This document shows, piece by piece, positions 7,585-17,180 of a stretch of DNA of 64,000 nt. The stretch's first letter is position 1; each line of letters starts with the position of its first letter. The DNA lies in assembly GCA_034421015.1 (NCBI GenBank), contig DAOUKT010000013.1:5965-69964 (forward strand), in the 5' to 3' direction. The notes under the pieces were generated by a model. It did no database searches. It worked only from the letters and a program-made list of their open reading frames with translations, and had not been told where the DNA came from. The stretch is from Dehalococcoidia bacterium. GTDB lineage: Bacteria; Chloroflexota; Dehalococcoidia; Lucifugimonadales; UBA2985. A program made the translations under genes and the position numbers.

Positions 7585-8945
7585 GGCCTGTTTGATGGTT
7601 TCGACGAATTCCTCGGTGAGTTCCGCTCACCCTGAGCTTGTCGAAGGGCGTGAGCGGAACGACCACTTTGCCCCCGCTCAGTTGGTTCGACAGGCTCACC
7701 CCCGTATCCAGTACGGGGCAAGCTATGAGCGGGGAGGGAGGCTGCCTGCTCCGAGGTTCCTGTTCCGTTGGGCAGGACGCGGCCGGGGAAGCTGCCGCCT
7801 GCAACCGTGATGTCGAGATCGTCTCCGGGGCTGACCTGCTCAACCGATGTCACCGGCTCCCGGTTGTCCCGCCGCGCCACGACTGCGTAGCCCCTGGACA
7901 GCACGCCGGCCGGGTTGAGGGTCGCCAGCTGCATCTCCAGCGCCCCGACGCGCTCGCCGCGCAGGGCCAAGTAGGAGTCCAGGGCCCGGGCGCTGGCCTG
8001 GGAGAGGTCGTCCACCCGCTGCCTCCACGAGGGGACGTCCGGGGCGTGACGCTCCAGCCTGTAGCAGGTCTGGTCCAGGTCGCGGCTCCTGTCGCTCAGG
8101 TCGCCGGAAACCCACTGAAAGGCGTAACGCTGCCGGGACTCTACCCACTCCATCAGCTCGTCCACGTCCGGCGCGGCAAGCTCCGCGGCCGCGGAGGGCG
8201 TGGGGGCGCGGCAGTCGGCCACCATGTCCGCGATTGTGTAGTCCGTCTCGTGGCCCACGGCGCTGATGACGGGCGCGCGGCTGGCGTAGATGGCCCGGGC
8301 CACGGTCTCCTCGTTGAAGGGCCACAGGTCCTCCAGCGACCCGCCGCCGCGTGCCAGAATGACCAGGTCCAGGTCATCCTCCGCGTTGAACGCGTCAAAG
8401 GCGTCGACGATTCCCGCCGCCGCCGTGTCGCCCTGCACGGGTGTGGGCGCAAATGCAAGCTCCACCAGGGGGTACCGCCTTCGCAGGACGTTCTGGATGT
8501 CGTGCCACACGGCGCCTGTGGGCGACGTCGCAACCCCGATGCGCCTGGGGAACTCAGGAAGGGGCCTCTTGCGGGAGACCTGGAACAGGCCCTCCGCTTC
8601 CAGCTTCATCTTCAGCCGCTCCAGCTCCAGGTGAAGCTCGCCGACGCCCTCCGGCTGGGCCAGGTCTGCAATGAGCTGCAGGTCTCCCCGGACCTCGTAG
8701 AGGGAGACGCGCCCGTGGGCGATGACGGCCGCGCCCTCGGCGAGGTGTTCGCCGCCGTAGGCCGGGCGGAACATCACGCACCGCACCTGGCTCGCGGAGT
8801 CCTTGAGGGTGAAGTAGTAGTGGCCCGCCGCCGAGCGGGTCAGGTTGGACACCTCGCCCCTCAGCCAGAGATCGTTGAGCAGGGAGTCGGCTTCAAGGGA
8901 CTCCTTGAGGTACCGTGTGATCTGGCCGACGGAGTAGACGGGCAC
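7581..8945 (-). CDS. xseA: Exodeoxyribonuclease VII large subunit with repeat-derived C-terminal extension
   Basis: GEVSN, GHYYFTLKD, RGGGSLEDLWPFN, VGHETD.TIAD.VAD.RAPTPSAAAE and LSRGYA motifs. Confidence 0.97.
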   Translation of the reverse strand: MPVYSVGQITRYLKESLEADSLLNDLWLRGEVSNLTRSAAGHYYFTLKDSASQVRCVMFRPAYGGEHLAEGAAVIAHGRVSLYEVRGDLQLIADLAQPEGVGELHLELERLKMKLEAEGLFQVSRKRPLPEFPRRIGVATSPTGAVWHDIQNVLRRRYPLVELAFAPTPVQGDTAAAGIVDAFDAFNAEDDLDLVILARGGGSLEDLWPFNEETVARAIYASRAPVISAVGHETDYTIADMVADCRAPTPSAAAELAAPDVDELMEWVESRQRYAFQWVSGDLSDRSRDLDQTCYRLERHAPDVPSWRQRVDDLSQASARALDSYLALRGERVGALEMQLATLNPAGVLSRGYAVVARRDNREPVTSVEQVSPGDDLDITVAGGSFPGRVLPNGTGTSEQAASLPAHSLPRTGYGGEPVEPTERGQSGRSAHALRQAQGERNSPRNSSKPSNRP

Positions 8946-8946
8946 C

Positions 8947-9507
8947 TCAGCCCACCCTTTCGAGGTACTCCCCGGACCTGGTGTCCACTCTCACCACCTC
9001 GCCAATGTTGACGAAGAAGGGCACCTGCACGTCAAGCCCTGTCTCCAGCCTGGCGGGCTTGGTGCTTCCCTGGGCCGTGTTGCCCCGGACCGCGGGCGGT
9101 GTGTCGTCCACCCTCAGCTCAACGTAGGTGGGAAGCTCCACGGAGATGGGGTCTCCCCTGTAGAAGACCAACTCCACCACGTCCTGCTCCTTGATGTACA
9201 GGAGGGCGTCCCCCAGCTTGTCGGTATCCAGGGGGTGTTGGTCAAAGCTGCGGGTGTCCATGAAGTAGTAGAGGCCGCCGTCGCCGTAGAGGTACTGGGC
9301 CTCCCGGGTGTCCACCTCGGCCAGGGTGAGTTTCTGGTTGCCGGGCACGTTGCGCTCCATCGTGCGGCCGTTTCGCAGGCCGCGGAGCTTCAGCGTGAGC
9401 ACGGGGGCCCGCTGCTGCATCTTGGTGTGCTTCCAGTCAAGGACCTGCCAGGGCTCATCCTCCAGTTCGATTACGGTACCTCGTCTCAGTTCGCTGTAGC
9501 TTATCAT
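8947..9507 (-). CDS. efp: Translation elongation factor P
   Basis: YLY.DG..Y.FMD..SFDQ, P.VRGNTA...TKPA.LETG..VQVPFFV.IGE.V.VDTRSGEYLER. Confidence 0.97.
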   Translation of the reverse strand: MISYSELRRGTVIELEDEPWQVLDWKHTKMQQRAPVLTLKLRGLRNGRTMERNVPGNQKLTLAEVDTREAQYLYGDGGLYYFMDTRSFDQHPLDTDKLGDALLYIKEQDVVELVFYRGDPISVELPTYVELRVDDTPPAVRGNTAQGSTKPARLETGLDVQVPFFVNIGEVVRVDTRSGEYLERVG

Positions 9508-9508
9508 T

Positions 9509-10597
9509 CTACACTCCGATCCTGTCCAGCTTTGGGGCCTTGCTGACGACCCTTGCTTTGCCGTCTTCCATCACCACAATGTCCTCGATGCGGACGCCTC
9601 CCCAGCCTGAGATGTATATGCCCGGCTCAACGGTGAAGGCCATGTTGTCCTCCAGAACCATTGTGGACCTTGGCCCCACGCCGGGAAGCTCGTGGACGGC
9701 CAGCCCAACGCCGTGGCCCAGGCTGTGCCCGAAGGTCTCGCCGTAGCCGGCCTCGTCGATGACCGCGCGCGCCAGGCCGTCGCAGTCGCCGGCGGTCATG
9801 CCCTTCTCTACGGTTGCAATGGCCGTGAGCTGAGCGCCGAGGACCGTGTCGTACACCTTGCGAAAGGTGTCGTCGTAGCTGCCACCAATGAAGATGGTGC
9901 GGCTGAGGTCGCTGCAGTAGCCCTGGTATTTGGCGCCCATGTCTATAAGGAGGGGCTGGCCGTCCTGGATGGGCACGTCCGCGGGCCTGTGGTGGGGCAG
10001 GGCTGCGTTGGGCCCGGCGGCCACTATGGTCTCGAAGGAGACGGAATCCGCGCCAAGCTCGCGCATCGCCTTCTCAAGCATCCACGCCACCTCAACCTCC
10101 GTGTGGCCCGGGCGGATGGTTGGAGCCACCTGCGCAAAGGCCTCGTCGGCAATCTCGATGGCCTTGGTGAGAATTGCCAACTCATCGGCGTCCTTCACGG
10201 ACCGAAGCTCCTCAACCAGTCCGGAAGTGGGAACGAGGGTGACGTCCAGGCTTGGGTCGCTGTCGCTTATGGCCTTCTGTATGCCTGTGTGAGTCGACAC
10301 CGTCATCTGCTGGCTCTCGAAGCCCAGGCGGTGGATTCCAAGCTCTCGCAGGAGCGCGGTGAGCCAGTCTACGCCTCCCATCATGCGGTGGACCCTGAAG
10401 TCCGGGCACTGCCGACCGGCCTGCTCTATGTAGCGGAAGTCCGTTGCCAGGACGGCGTCCGCGGCCGTGATGAAGAGGTATCCGGCCGAGCCTGTGAACC
10501 CCGACAGGTACCGCCGGTTCTCCTCTGTGGATACCATCAAACAGTCGATGCCGGTCTCGTCAAGCTTGGCCCTGATATTGTCCAGTCGTGCTTTCAT
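9509..10597 (-). CDS. Xaa-Pro aminopeptidase (M24B, YqhT/PapA-like)
   Basis: True start MKARL at 10597, overlapping the aroQ stop. DMGAKYQGYCSDLSRT, HSLGHGVGL.VHE.P and TVEPGIY..G.GGVRIED motifs. Confidence 0.93.
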   Translation of the reverse strand: MKARLDNIRAKLDETGIDCLMVSTEENRRYLSGFTGSAGYLFITAADAVLATDFRYIEQAGRQCPDFRVHRMMGGVDWLTALLRELGIHRLGFESQQMTVSTHTGIQKAISDSDPSLDVTLVPTSGLVEELRSVKDADELAILTKAIEIADEAFAQVAPTIRPGHTEVEVAWMLEKAMRELGADSVSFETIVAAGPNAALPHHRPADVPIQDGQPLLIDMGAKYQGYCSDLSRTIFIGGSYDDTFRKVYDTVLGAQLTAIATVEKGMTAGDCDGLARAVIDEAGYGETFGHSLGHGVGLAVHELPGVGPRSTMVLEDNMAFTVEPGIYISGWGGVRIEDIVVMEDGKARVVSKAPKLDRIGV

Positions 10598-11040
10598 CCT
10601 GTTGCTCCTTCGTTGATTCTTGCGGTCAGAAACTCCAGGGCGGCCACGTACCCCCTCCAGCCCAGGCCGCTGATCTGGCCCACGGCCACGGGCGCCACAA
10701 CGGACCGGTGCCGCCACTCCTCCCTGGCGTAAAGGTTGGACAGGTGCACCTCCACTACCGGGAGGGAGGTGTCCACCAGCGCCTCCCTGAGGGACAGGCC
10801 GTAGTGGGTGAGCGCGCCCGGATTGATGATTATACCATTGGACGTCGGGGCCTGCGCCTGCAGGTGGTCGATGATCGACCCTTCGCTGTTGGACTGGAAG
10901 AAGCTCACGTCCGTGCCAAGCTCCTGGGCGCGGCGCTGCACCGCCTCTTCGATGTCGTGCAGGGACATGGGGCCGTAGATGGCCGGGTCCCGGCGCCCGA
11001 GCATGTTCAGGTTTGGCCCGTTGATTACCAGTAGTCTCAT
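10594..11040 (-). CDS. aroQ: Type II 3-dehydroquinate dehydratase
   Basis: NGPNLN.LG.R.P.IYG, QSNSEG, INPGALTH and EVHLSN...RE.WR..S motifs. Confidence 0.97.
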   Translation of the reverse strand: MRLLVINGPNLNMLGRRDPAIYGPMSLHDIEEAVQRRAQELGTDVSFFQSNSEGSIIDHLQAQAPTSNGIIINPGALTHYGLSLREALVDTSLPVVEVHLSNLYAREEWRHRSVVAPVAVGQISGLGWRGYVAALEFLTARINEGATG

Positions 11041-11100
11041 TCAGTACCTCTCCCCGACTCTGAATGCTTCCTCGTAGTTTGTGAGGAAATCCCGCTTCAC

Positions 11101-11130
11101 TGTCATTCCGAGCGCAGCGAGGAATCCAAA
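11101..11130. repeat. CGTC-related REP (gtcattccgagcgcagcgaggaatcc)
   Basis: Hairpin-forming repeat; longer relatives at 11237-11345 lie inside the adjacent MITE-like element. Confidence 0.7.
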
Positions 11131-11186
11131 GCCTCTGCTTGGAGAAGTTCCATACCTTGGGTGAAATGCCCTGGATTCCTGCTTTC

Positions 11187-11383
11187 GGGGACATTTGTAT
11201 AATTGCGGCATTGCTCCCAAAAGAAGCGTTCTAACTGTCATTCTGAACGGAGCGCAGCGGAGTGAAGAATCCAAAGCCTTTGCCCGCGAAGCTGCGAAAT
11301 CTTCAATTAACCCCTTTGGATTCTTCGCCTTCGGCTCAGAATGACATTCAACGGAGCCAACGCGCGGGTTACGCAAAGTCTCC
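11187..11383. mobile_element. MITE-like element inserted in a REP loop
   Basis: Ends ggggacatttgtataat and gttacgcaaagtctcc form an imperfect inverted repeat. Flanks are ggattcctgc-TTTC and CTTC-gcgggaatgac, i.e. a split REP with its loop duplicated. Confidence 0.6.
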
Positions 11384-11437
11384 CTTCGCGGGAATGACGG
11401 TGACTTGTCCCTCTGACACAAGCTATCCAAGGGTCTC

Positions 11438-12448
11438 CTATCTGGCGTCTGCGCCTTCCGCAGCCTTGGCCCTTGGGTGAGCCTTCAGGTACTCCTTGCG
11501 GGACTGGGCAAGGCTCACGTGGGTGTATATCTGCGTGGTGGCCGGCGACGAGTGGCCGAGCAGCTCCTGCACAATGCGCAGGTCGGCCCCGCCGTCCAGC
11601 ATGTGGGTGGCGAAGGTGTGCCGCAGCATGTGGGGATGCACCTTGGTGTCCGTGGACTGGATGCTGTATTTCTTGACCATCTCCTGGACGGAGCGCTTGG
11701 TGAGACGGCCCCCAGACTTGTTGAGGAACAGGGCGTCCGTCCGCCGACCGCCCAGCTTCGGGCGGCCCTCGTTCAGATAGCGTTCCAGGGCCTCTTGCGC
11801 GGGCCTGCCGAAGACTACCTCCCGCTCCTTGGACCCCTTGCCCACAGTCCGCACCCGTCGGCGCGCCATGTCCACGTCCTTTGTGTCCAGCCCGGACAGC
11901 TCGCTGACCCGCAGGCCTGTTGCGTAGAGCACCTCCAGGATAGCCCTGTCTCGCAACTGCATGGCCGGGGCCTTGGGCCTGCCCTTGGTCTCCGGGTCGT
12001 CCGGGGTGGTCAGCAGTTCCTCCACCTCCTCCTTGCCCATGATGCGGGGAAGCGTCTTCTCAGCCTTGGGTATGAGCGCCCTGGACTGGCGGCTGCCACG
12101 CTTCCAAAGCGGGCTGGGAGGCACAACGCCCCTTCTTACGAGATAGCGGAAGTAGGAGCGAAGGGCGGCCAGGGACCTCGTCACGCTTCCCCGGTCGTGG
12201 CCGCGCTTGGTCTGCCCGCGTCCGGTTTCGATGGAGCGGTCGGACATGAGCCAGGCCACGTAGCGTCGCAGAAAGCCGCGGTCTACGCCAGACAGGGACT
12301 CCATGCCCTGCTCCTCCATGAACTGGAAGAACGGGTCAAGGTCGTTCAGGTAGTTGCGGACGGTGTATTCGGACAGGCTGCGCTCGCCGCGCAGGTGGTC
12401 CCGGTATTCCTGCAGGTGGCCCTGCTCCCTCACCGGAGAGGATGTCAT
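11438..12448 (-). CDS. xerC: Chromosomal tyrosine recombinase XerC/XerD type
   Basis: Catalytic residues in LRVSE, GKG, HMLRH, LGH and TQIY; conserved dprA-topA-xer order. Confidence 0.85.
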   Translation of the reverse strand: MTSSPVREQGHLQEYRDHLRGERSLSEYTVRNYLNDLDPFFQFMEEQGMESLSGVDRGFLRRYVAWLMSDRSIETGRGQTKRGHDRGSVTRSLAALRSYFRYLVRRGVVPPSPLWKRGSRQSRALIPKAEKTLPRIMGKEEVEELLTTPDDPETKGRPKAPAMQLRDRAILEVLYATGLRVSELSGLDTKDVDMARRRVRTVGKGSKEREVVFGRPAQEALERYLNEGRPKLGGRRTDALFLNKSGGRLTKRSVQEMVKKYSIQSTDTKVHPHMLRHTFATHMLDGGADLRIVQELLGHSSPATTQIYTHVSLAQSRKEYLKAHPRAKAAEGADAR

Positions 12449-14589
12449 ACGGCCACCTCGACTCTATCCGGCTCAGGCTCCGCCTCCGGCGCGTCGCCCT
12501 TGAAGTCGCAGGAGGTGCAACGGGCCCTGTTCCGGCCCGAGGCCACCAGCAGCGCCCCGCACTCCGGGCAGGGCTGTGGCAGCGGGCGCTGCCTGACGGA
12601 GAAGTCGCAGTTGGGGTAGTTGGAGCAGCCGTAAAAGGTGGAGCCGCGCTTGCCGCCGCGCCTCTGCACAAGGTCGCCGCCGCACCTGGGGCACGTGGCG
12701 CCGGTGGGTATGCGGTACGGCTTGCTGTTCCTGCACTCCGGGAAGCCGGTGCACGACAGGAACGGCCCGAAGCGGCCCATCTTGATGGCCATTGGCCTCT
12801 CGCACTCCTCGCACGACTGGTCCGTCAGCTCGTCCTCAACCTTCATCCGCGGGATGTCCATCGCATCTGCCACGGACTTGCTGAACCCTTCGTAGAAGTC
12901 GCCCAGCACGGGCACCCACTCGCGGCTGCCCTGGGCAATATCGTCCAGGTCCTCCTCCATCTGGGCGGTGAAGCCCGCGTTCATGATGTCCGGGAAGTTC
13001 TGGTTGAGCAGGTCGCACACGGTGACGCCAAGGGCGGTTGGCTTGAAGCGCCCGCCTTCCTTGTCGACGTAGTGCCTGTTCTGGATGGTGGAGATGGTCG
13101 GCGCGTAGGTGCTGGGCCTGCCGATGCCCTGCTCCTCAAGGGCCTTGACTATGGACGCCTCGGTGTACTTGGGCGGGGGCTGTGTGAAGTGTTGGCGGGG
13201 GTCTAGCCCCAGGCACTTCGGGACGTCGCCCTCCTTCATCTCCGGCAGCAGGGCCTGGTCGCCCTCGTCCGAGGAGTCGTCTATGTCCTCCATGTACAGG
13301 CGACGGAAGCCGGGGAACTTCAGGACGCTTCCGGTGGCCCTGAACACGTATGTGTTGCCGGACGCGGTGGACGCGTCGATGTCCACCGACGTGGAGTCCA
13401 GGAGAGCGTCGGACATCTGGCTGGCCAGGGTGCGCTTCCAGATGAGGTCGTACAGCCGCATCTGGTCCCGGGACAAGGCGCCGGCGACGCTGTCGGGGTC
13501 CCTTGGGATGGAGGTCGGGCGAATGGCCTCGTGGGCCTCCTGCGCCGACTTGCTCCTGGTGGCGTACGTCCGCGGCGACTTGGGGGCGTACTCCGCGCCG
13601 TACTGCTTGCGTATGTACGCCTGGGCCTCCCGCAGAGCCTGGGACGAGAGGGTGGTGGAGTCCGTGCGCATGTAGGTGATTAGCCCAACAGAGCCCTCTG
13701 ACCCGATGGGCAGCCCCTCGTAGAGCTGCTGGGCCAGCATCATTGTCTTGCTGGTGGAGTATCGCAGCTTTCGCCACGCCTCCTGCTGCAACGAGCTTGT
13801 GGTGAACGGCGCGGCCGGCCTCTGGCGGACCTGCCGCGTCCTCACGCTGGCTACCTTGTAGGCGGCCCCATCCAGATCGGCGACGAGCTTCGAGGCGTCC
13901 GCCTCCGTCGGGATGTCCAGCTTGCCCCTCTGCCCGCGCAGGGAGTTGAGGCCCGCCTTGAAGCCCCGTCCCGCCGTCTCCAGCCTGGCGTCTATGGTCC
14001 AGTACTCCTTGGGCACAAAGGCCTGAATCTCACGCTCCCTGTCAACAATGAGGCGCAGGGCCACCGACTGTACGCGGCCCGCGGAGAGGGCCCGCCGCCG
14101 CGCGTAGTGGTGCACCACCTTCTGCCACAGCACGGGGCTGAGCTTGTAGCCCACCAGCCGGTCAAGGATGCGCCGGGTCTGCTGGGCGTTGACCAGGTTC
14201 AGGTCTATGTCCCGGGGCTGCTCGAAGGCCTCCTTGAGGGCGTCCTCGGTTATCTCGTGGAAGACCACCCGTTTGAGGGGCCGCTTCTCAAGCCCCGCCG
14301 AGTGCACCAGGTGCCACGCAATGGCCTCACCCTCGCGGTCGGGGTCTGTGGCAAGGTAGATGTTGGTGGCGTCCTTGGAGTCACGGCGGATCTCCCGCAC
14401 CAGCTTCTTCTTGTCCTCCATGACCTCGTAGCTGGGGGTGAACCCGTCTTCCACGTCTACGCCAAGCCCTTTCTGTGGAAGGTCGCGGACGTGACCCAGG
14501 GAAGCAACGACGTTGTAGTCGTTGCCGAGAAATCTACCGACGGTCCTGGCCTTGGCCGGGGACTCAACTATAACAAGGTTCTTTGTCAT
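12445..14589 (-). CDS. topA: DNA topoisomerase I
   Basis: LVIVESPAKA, ATDPDREGEAI, SAGRVQS, LITYMRTDS, GIGRPSTYA motifs and C-terminal zinc ribbons. Confidence 0.98.
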   Translation of the reverse strand: MTKNLVIVESPAKARTVGRFLGNDYNVVASLGHVRDLPQKGLGVDVEDGFTPSYEVMEDKKKLVREIRRDSKDATNIYLATDPDREGEAIAWHLVHSAGLEKRPLKRVVFHEITEDALKEAFEQPRDIDLNLVNAQQTRRILDRLVGYKLSPVLWQKVVHHYARRRALSAGRVQSVALRLIVDREREIQAFVPKEYWTIDARLETAGRGFKAGLNSLRGQRGKLDIPTEADASKLVADLDGAAYKVASVRTRQVRQRPAAPFTTSSLQQEAWRKLRYSTSKTMMLAQQLYEGLPIGSEGSVGLITYMRTDSTTLSSQALREAQAYIRKQYGAEYAPKSPRTYATRSKSAQEAHEAIRPTSIPRDPDSVAGALSRDQMRLYDLIWKRTLASQMSDALLDSTSVDIDASTASGNTYVFRATGSVLKFPGFRRLYMEDIDDSSDEGDQALLPEMKEGDVPKCLGLDPRQHFTQPPPKYTEASIVKALEEQGIGRPSTYAPTISTIQNRHYVDKEGGRFKPTALGVTVCDLLNQNFPDIMNAGFTAQMEEDLDDIAQGSREWVPVLGDFYEGFSKSVADAMDIPRMKVEDELTDQSCEECERPMAIKMGRFGPFLSCTGFPECRNSKPYRIPTGATCPRCGGDLVQRRGGKRGSTFYGCSNYPNCDFSVRQRPLPQPCPECGALLVASGRNRARCTSCDFKGDAPEAEPEPDRVEVAV

Positions 14590-14595
14590 CAGTTA

Positions 14596-15723
14596 TCATC
14601 TCGCCGAGGCGTGATATTCGGGCGAAGCCTCGCGCGTCCTTATGTAGCTCATTCCTCCGACTTGGCGCACCAGTCCCTTGATCTCCATCATTGCCAGGGA
14701 GCTGCTGACGGAGGCCACGGGCAGGCCGGATGTCCTCTGGATGTCGTCTATGTGCAGCGGCTCAAAGGTGATGTACCTCAGCAGCTGCGCCTCCTCGTCG
14801 TTCTGGGGCAGTATGGGAAGCAGCTCTATCTGCTGGCCCAGCGCGGAGAAGTTCAGCTCCTCCAGCACGTCGGTGTGGCTGAGCACCGTCTTCGCGCCCT
14901 GCTGGATCAGCCGGTTGGCCTCCTTGCTGGCCGGCGAGAATATGCTGCCCGGCACCGCCATCACCTCGCGGTCCTGGTCCAGGGCGTGCCGCACGGTCCA
15001 CAGCGCGCCGCTGCCCTCGCCGGCCTCCACCACGACGGTTCCGGGCGTGAGGCCGCTGAGAATGCGGTTCCGGCGGGGGAAGTTCTTGGCCTCTGGCCTT
15101 ATGCCCGGCGGGTGCTCGCTGATCAGAGCGCCGCTCTCTGTCACCTCCCGGGCCATGGACGCATGCTCCGGCGGGTAAATGGTGTCCAGCCCGTTGGCCA
15201 GCACGGCCAGGGTGCGGCCGCCGGAGTCCAGGGCGGTCCTGTGGGCAATGGAGTCGATGCCCCGGGCTAGGCCGCTGACAATGGTGACGCTGTTCTTGGA
15301 CAGGTCTTCGACAAGCTGCCGGGTCACCTCACGACCGTAGGACGTGGTCTTGCGCGTCCCGACTATCGTCACGGAGCGGCCGTCCTCCGGCAGGATGCGG
15401 CCCTTGACGTACAGCACCGGAGGGTAGTCGTACACCTCCTTGAGCAGGGCGGGGTATGCCGGATCCCTGACGGTGACGGCGTCTATGCCCAGTTTTTCGA
15501 GCCGCTCCCACTCGGCGTCCGGCGATATGGACGGCCGTCGCGAGACGATGGCCCTCACGGAGCGCTGGTCCAGCCCTGCTGCCTCCAGGTCGGAGGCGGA
15601 GGCGCGCCACGCCGTCTCCAGGTCGCCGAAGTAGCTCTCCAGTATGGCGAACCTGGCTCTGCCGATGGTTGATATGCGGTTGAAGGCCACCCAGTACATG
15701 GCCCGGTCAGTGCCTGTAGTCAT
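14596..15723 (-). CDS. dprA: DNA-processing protein DprA
   Basis: IVGTR..TSYG, VSGLARGID..AH, FPRRNRI.SGL and VEA...SGAL motifs. Start set at MTTG (15723); the extension to 15900 runs through a GTAG REP. Confidence 0.95.
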   Translation of the reverse strand: MTTGTDRAMYWVAFNRISTIGRARFAILESYFGDLETAWRASASDLEAAGLDQRSVRAIVSRRPSISPDAEWERLEKLGIDAVTVRDPAYPALLKEVYDYPPVLYVKGRILPEDGRSVTIVGTRKTTSYGREVTRQLVEDLSKNSVTIVSGLARGIDSIAHRTALDSGGRTLAVLANGLDTIYPPEHASMAREVTESGALISEHPPGIRPEAKNFPRRNRILSGLTPGTVVVEAGEGSGALWTVRHALDQDREVMAVPGSIFSPASKEANRLIQQGAKTVLSHTDVLEELNFSALGQQIELLPILPQNDEEAQLLRYITFEPLHIDDIQRTSGLPVASVSSSLAMMEIKGLVRQVGGMSYIRTREASPEYHASAR

Positions 15724-15856
15724 GGCGACAACTAGAATAGCATAGGGCCAGAGGGTGGACAACTCCAAGCTGGGCGTGTAAGGGCGCACACTGTGGCCCG
15801 CCCCTTGCCTGGAGTGTGGGCTGCAATCCAGGCAAGGGCCGATTGGCTGCCGCGAC

Positions 15857-15884
15857 GTAGGGACGGTTTGCGAACCGCCCCTAC
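15857..15884. repeat. GTAG-type REP palindrome
   Basis: gtagggacggtttgcgaaccgcccctac; a perfect copy occurs at 18324-18351. Confidence 0.85.
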
Positions 15885-15918
15885 AGGTTTCCAGCATCAA
15901 ATCCGTGAAGCTCTGGAG

Positions 15919-16329
15919 TTAAGCCGTAATCTCCCCCAGCAGCGCCTCCACCTTCCCACCAATGACGTCCCTTATCGCCCTGACCTCGCCGATGGGCTGT
16001 CCCTTGGGGTCCGGCAGGCCCCAGTCCTCGATGTCTTTCAGGAAGATCGCAGGGCAGGCCTCGGCGTCGATGGCGCAGCCCATTGTGATCACCCTCTGCG
16101 CCTGAGTCACCATGTCGTCGGTCAGAGGCTTGGGCCGCTCGCTTCGGAGGTCAAAGCCCAACTCCCGCATGGCCTCAGCGACTATATCGTGGACGCCCTC
16201 GCCCGGCTCCGTGCCTGCGGACTCCGCCCGAAGGGTCAGACCCCTCTCCGAGGCCAGCCGGTTGAACATGGCCTTGGCCATCTGGCTCCGGCCTGCGTTG
16301 TGGACACAAACAAAGAGCACCTCAGCCAT
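15919..16329 (-). CDS. arsC: Arsenate reductase, LMW-PTP fold (thioredoxin-type)
   Basis: Start MAEVLFVCVHNAGRSQMA with C-x5-R loop; resolving pair C-x6-C (MGCAIDAEAC); W.L.DP motif. Confidence 0.9.
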   Translation of the reverse strand: MAEVLFVCVHNAGRSQMAKAMFNRLASERGLTLRAESAGTEPGEGVHDIVAEAMRELGFDLRSERPKPLTDDMVTQAQRVITMGCAIDAEACPAIFLKDIEDWGLPDPKGQPIGEVRAIRDVIGGKVEALLGEITA

Positions 16330-16340
16330 CTCGCTGCCTC

Positions 16341-17180
16341 CTACTCGGAATCCTCGGCCTGCCGCCGCATCAGCGGCCCGATTATGAACTCGTGAATCGC
16401 CGCCCCCACCGGCCCGCCTATGAGCGGCCCCACTATGTAGACCCAGAACCCGGAGGACGGCCCGGGTATCGCTATCGACTCCCAACCGGCCAGGTAGGCG
16501 ACTATCCGCGGCCCGAAGTCCCGGGCCGGGTTCCAGCCCGCCTGGGTCAGCGGGGCGAAGAGGCTGATGAGCACGGCCACGGTGAAGCCGATGAAGAAGG
16601 GGGCCAGGTGCTTGGTGGGCAGGGCCGCGTTGTGGCGGTCGATGAGGGCGAAGATCATGAGCACGAGAATCGCGGTGCCGAATGCCTCAACCGCCAGCGC
16701 CTTGACGGGCGAGATGAGGGAGCGGACCGCTTCGTCCGTGCCGAACACGGCGGGATTGGGGAAGTACTCCCCAAAGACCATCGCCGAAAGCTGGCTGCCC
16801 GGCTCGCCCCGGACCAGGCCGTTGACGGCCTCGAACTCAGTGATGAAGGAGCCGAATAGCCACAGTATGGTCAGACCGCCAAGGACGCCTCCGACAAGCT
16901 GCGACGCCCAGTAGGGCAGCAGGCGGCTCGCGGGGAACTCCTCCCGGCGGAAGATGGCGAAGGCCAGGGACACGGCCGGGTTCAGGTGCGCGCCGGATAT
17001 GGTCGCCGTTGCGTAGATTGCCAGGGTTACGCCAAAGCCCCAGACTACGGCCACCTGCCACAATCCGACCTGCGCGCCGGTCAGCACCGCGGCCGCCACG
17101 GCCCCCGTGCCGAAAAGCACCAGCAGGTACGTTCCCACAACCTCCGCGACACATATCTGGGCCAGGCGCGAGGGGGTCAT
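16341..17180 (-). CDS. MIP-family channel (aquaglyceroporin), likely arsenite conduit
   Basis: SGAHLNPAVS and WNPARDFGPR NPA boxes (GlpF-type Asp); lies inside the ars operon. Confidence 0.92.
   Translation of the reverse strand: MTPSRLAQICVAEVVGTYLLVLFGTGAVAAAVLTGAQVGLWQVAVVWGFGVTLAIYATATISGAHLNPAVSLAFAIFRREEFPASRLLPYWASQLVGGVLGGLTILWLFGSFITEFEAVNGLVRGEPGSQLSAMVFGEYFPNPAVFGTDEAVRSLISPVKALAVEAFGTAILVLMIFALIDRHNAALPTKHLAPFFIGFTVAVLISLFAPLTQAGWNPARDFGPRIVAYLAGWESIAIPGPSSGFWVYIVGPLIGGPVGAAIHEFIIGPLMRRQAEDSE

Noticed and set aside
10598-11194. N-terminal extensions in the ORF track (peptidase to 11194; also dprA to 15900, arsC to 16485, rseP from 23014, folD from 47771)
   Set aside because: They overlap other genes or repeats; family-typical starts with RBS lie downstream.
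11438-12448. Tyrosine recombinase as a phage or island integrase
   Set aside because: It sits in the conserved dprA-topA-xer context with core codon usage and no att site or cargo.
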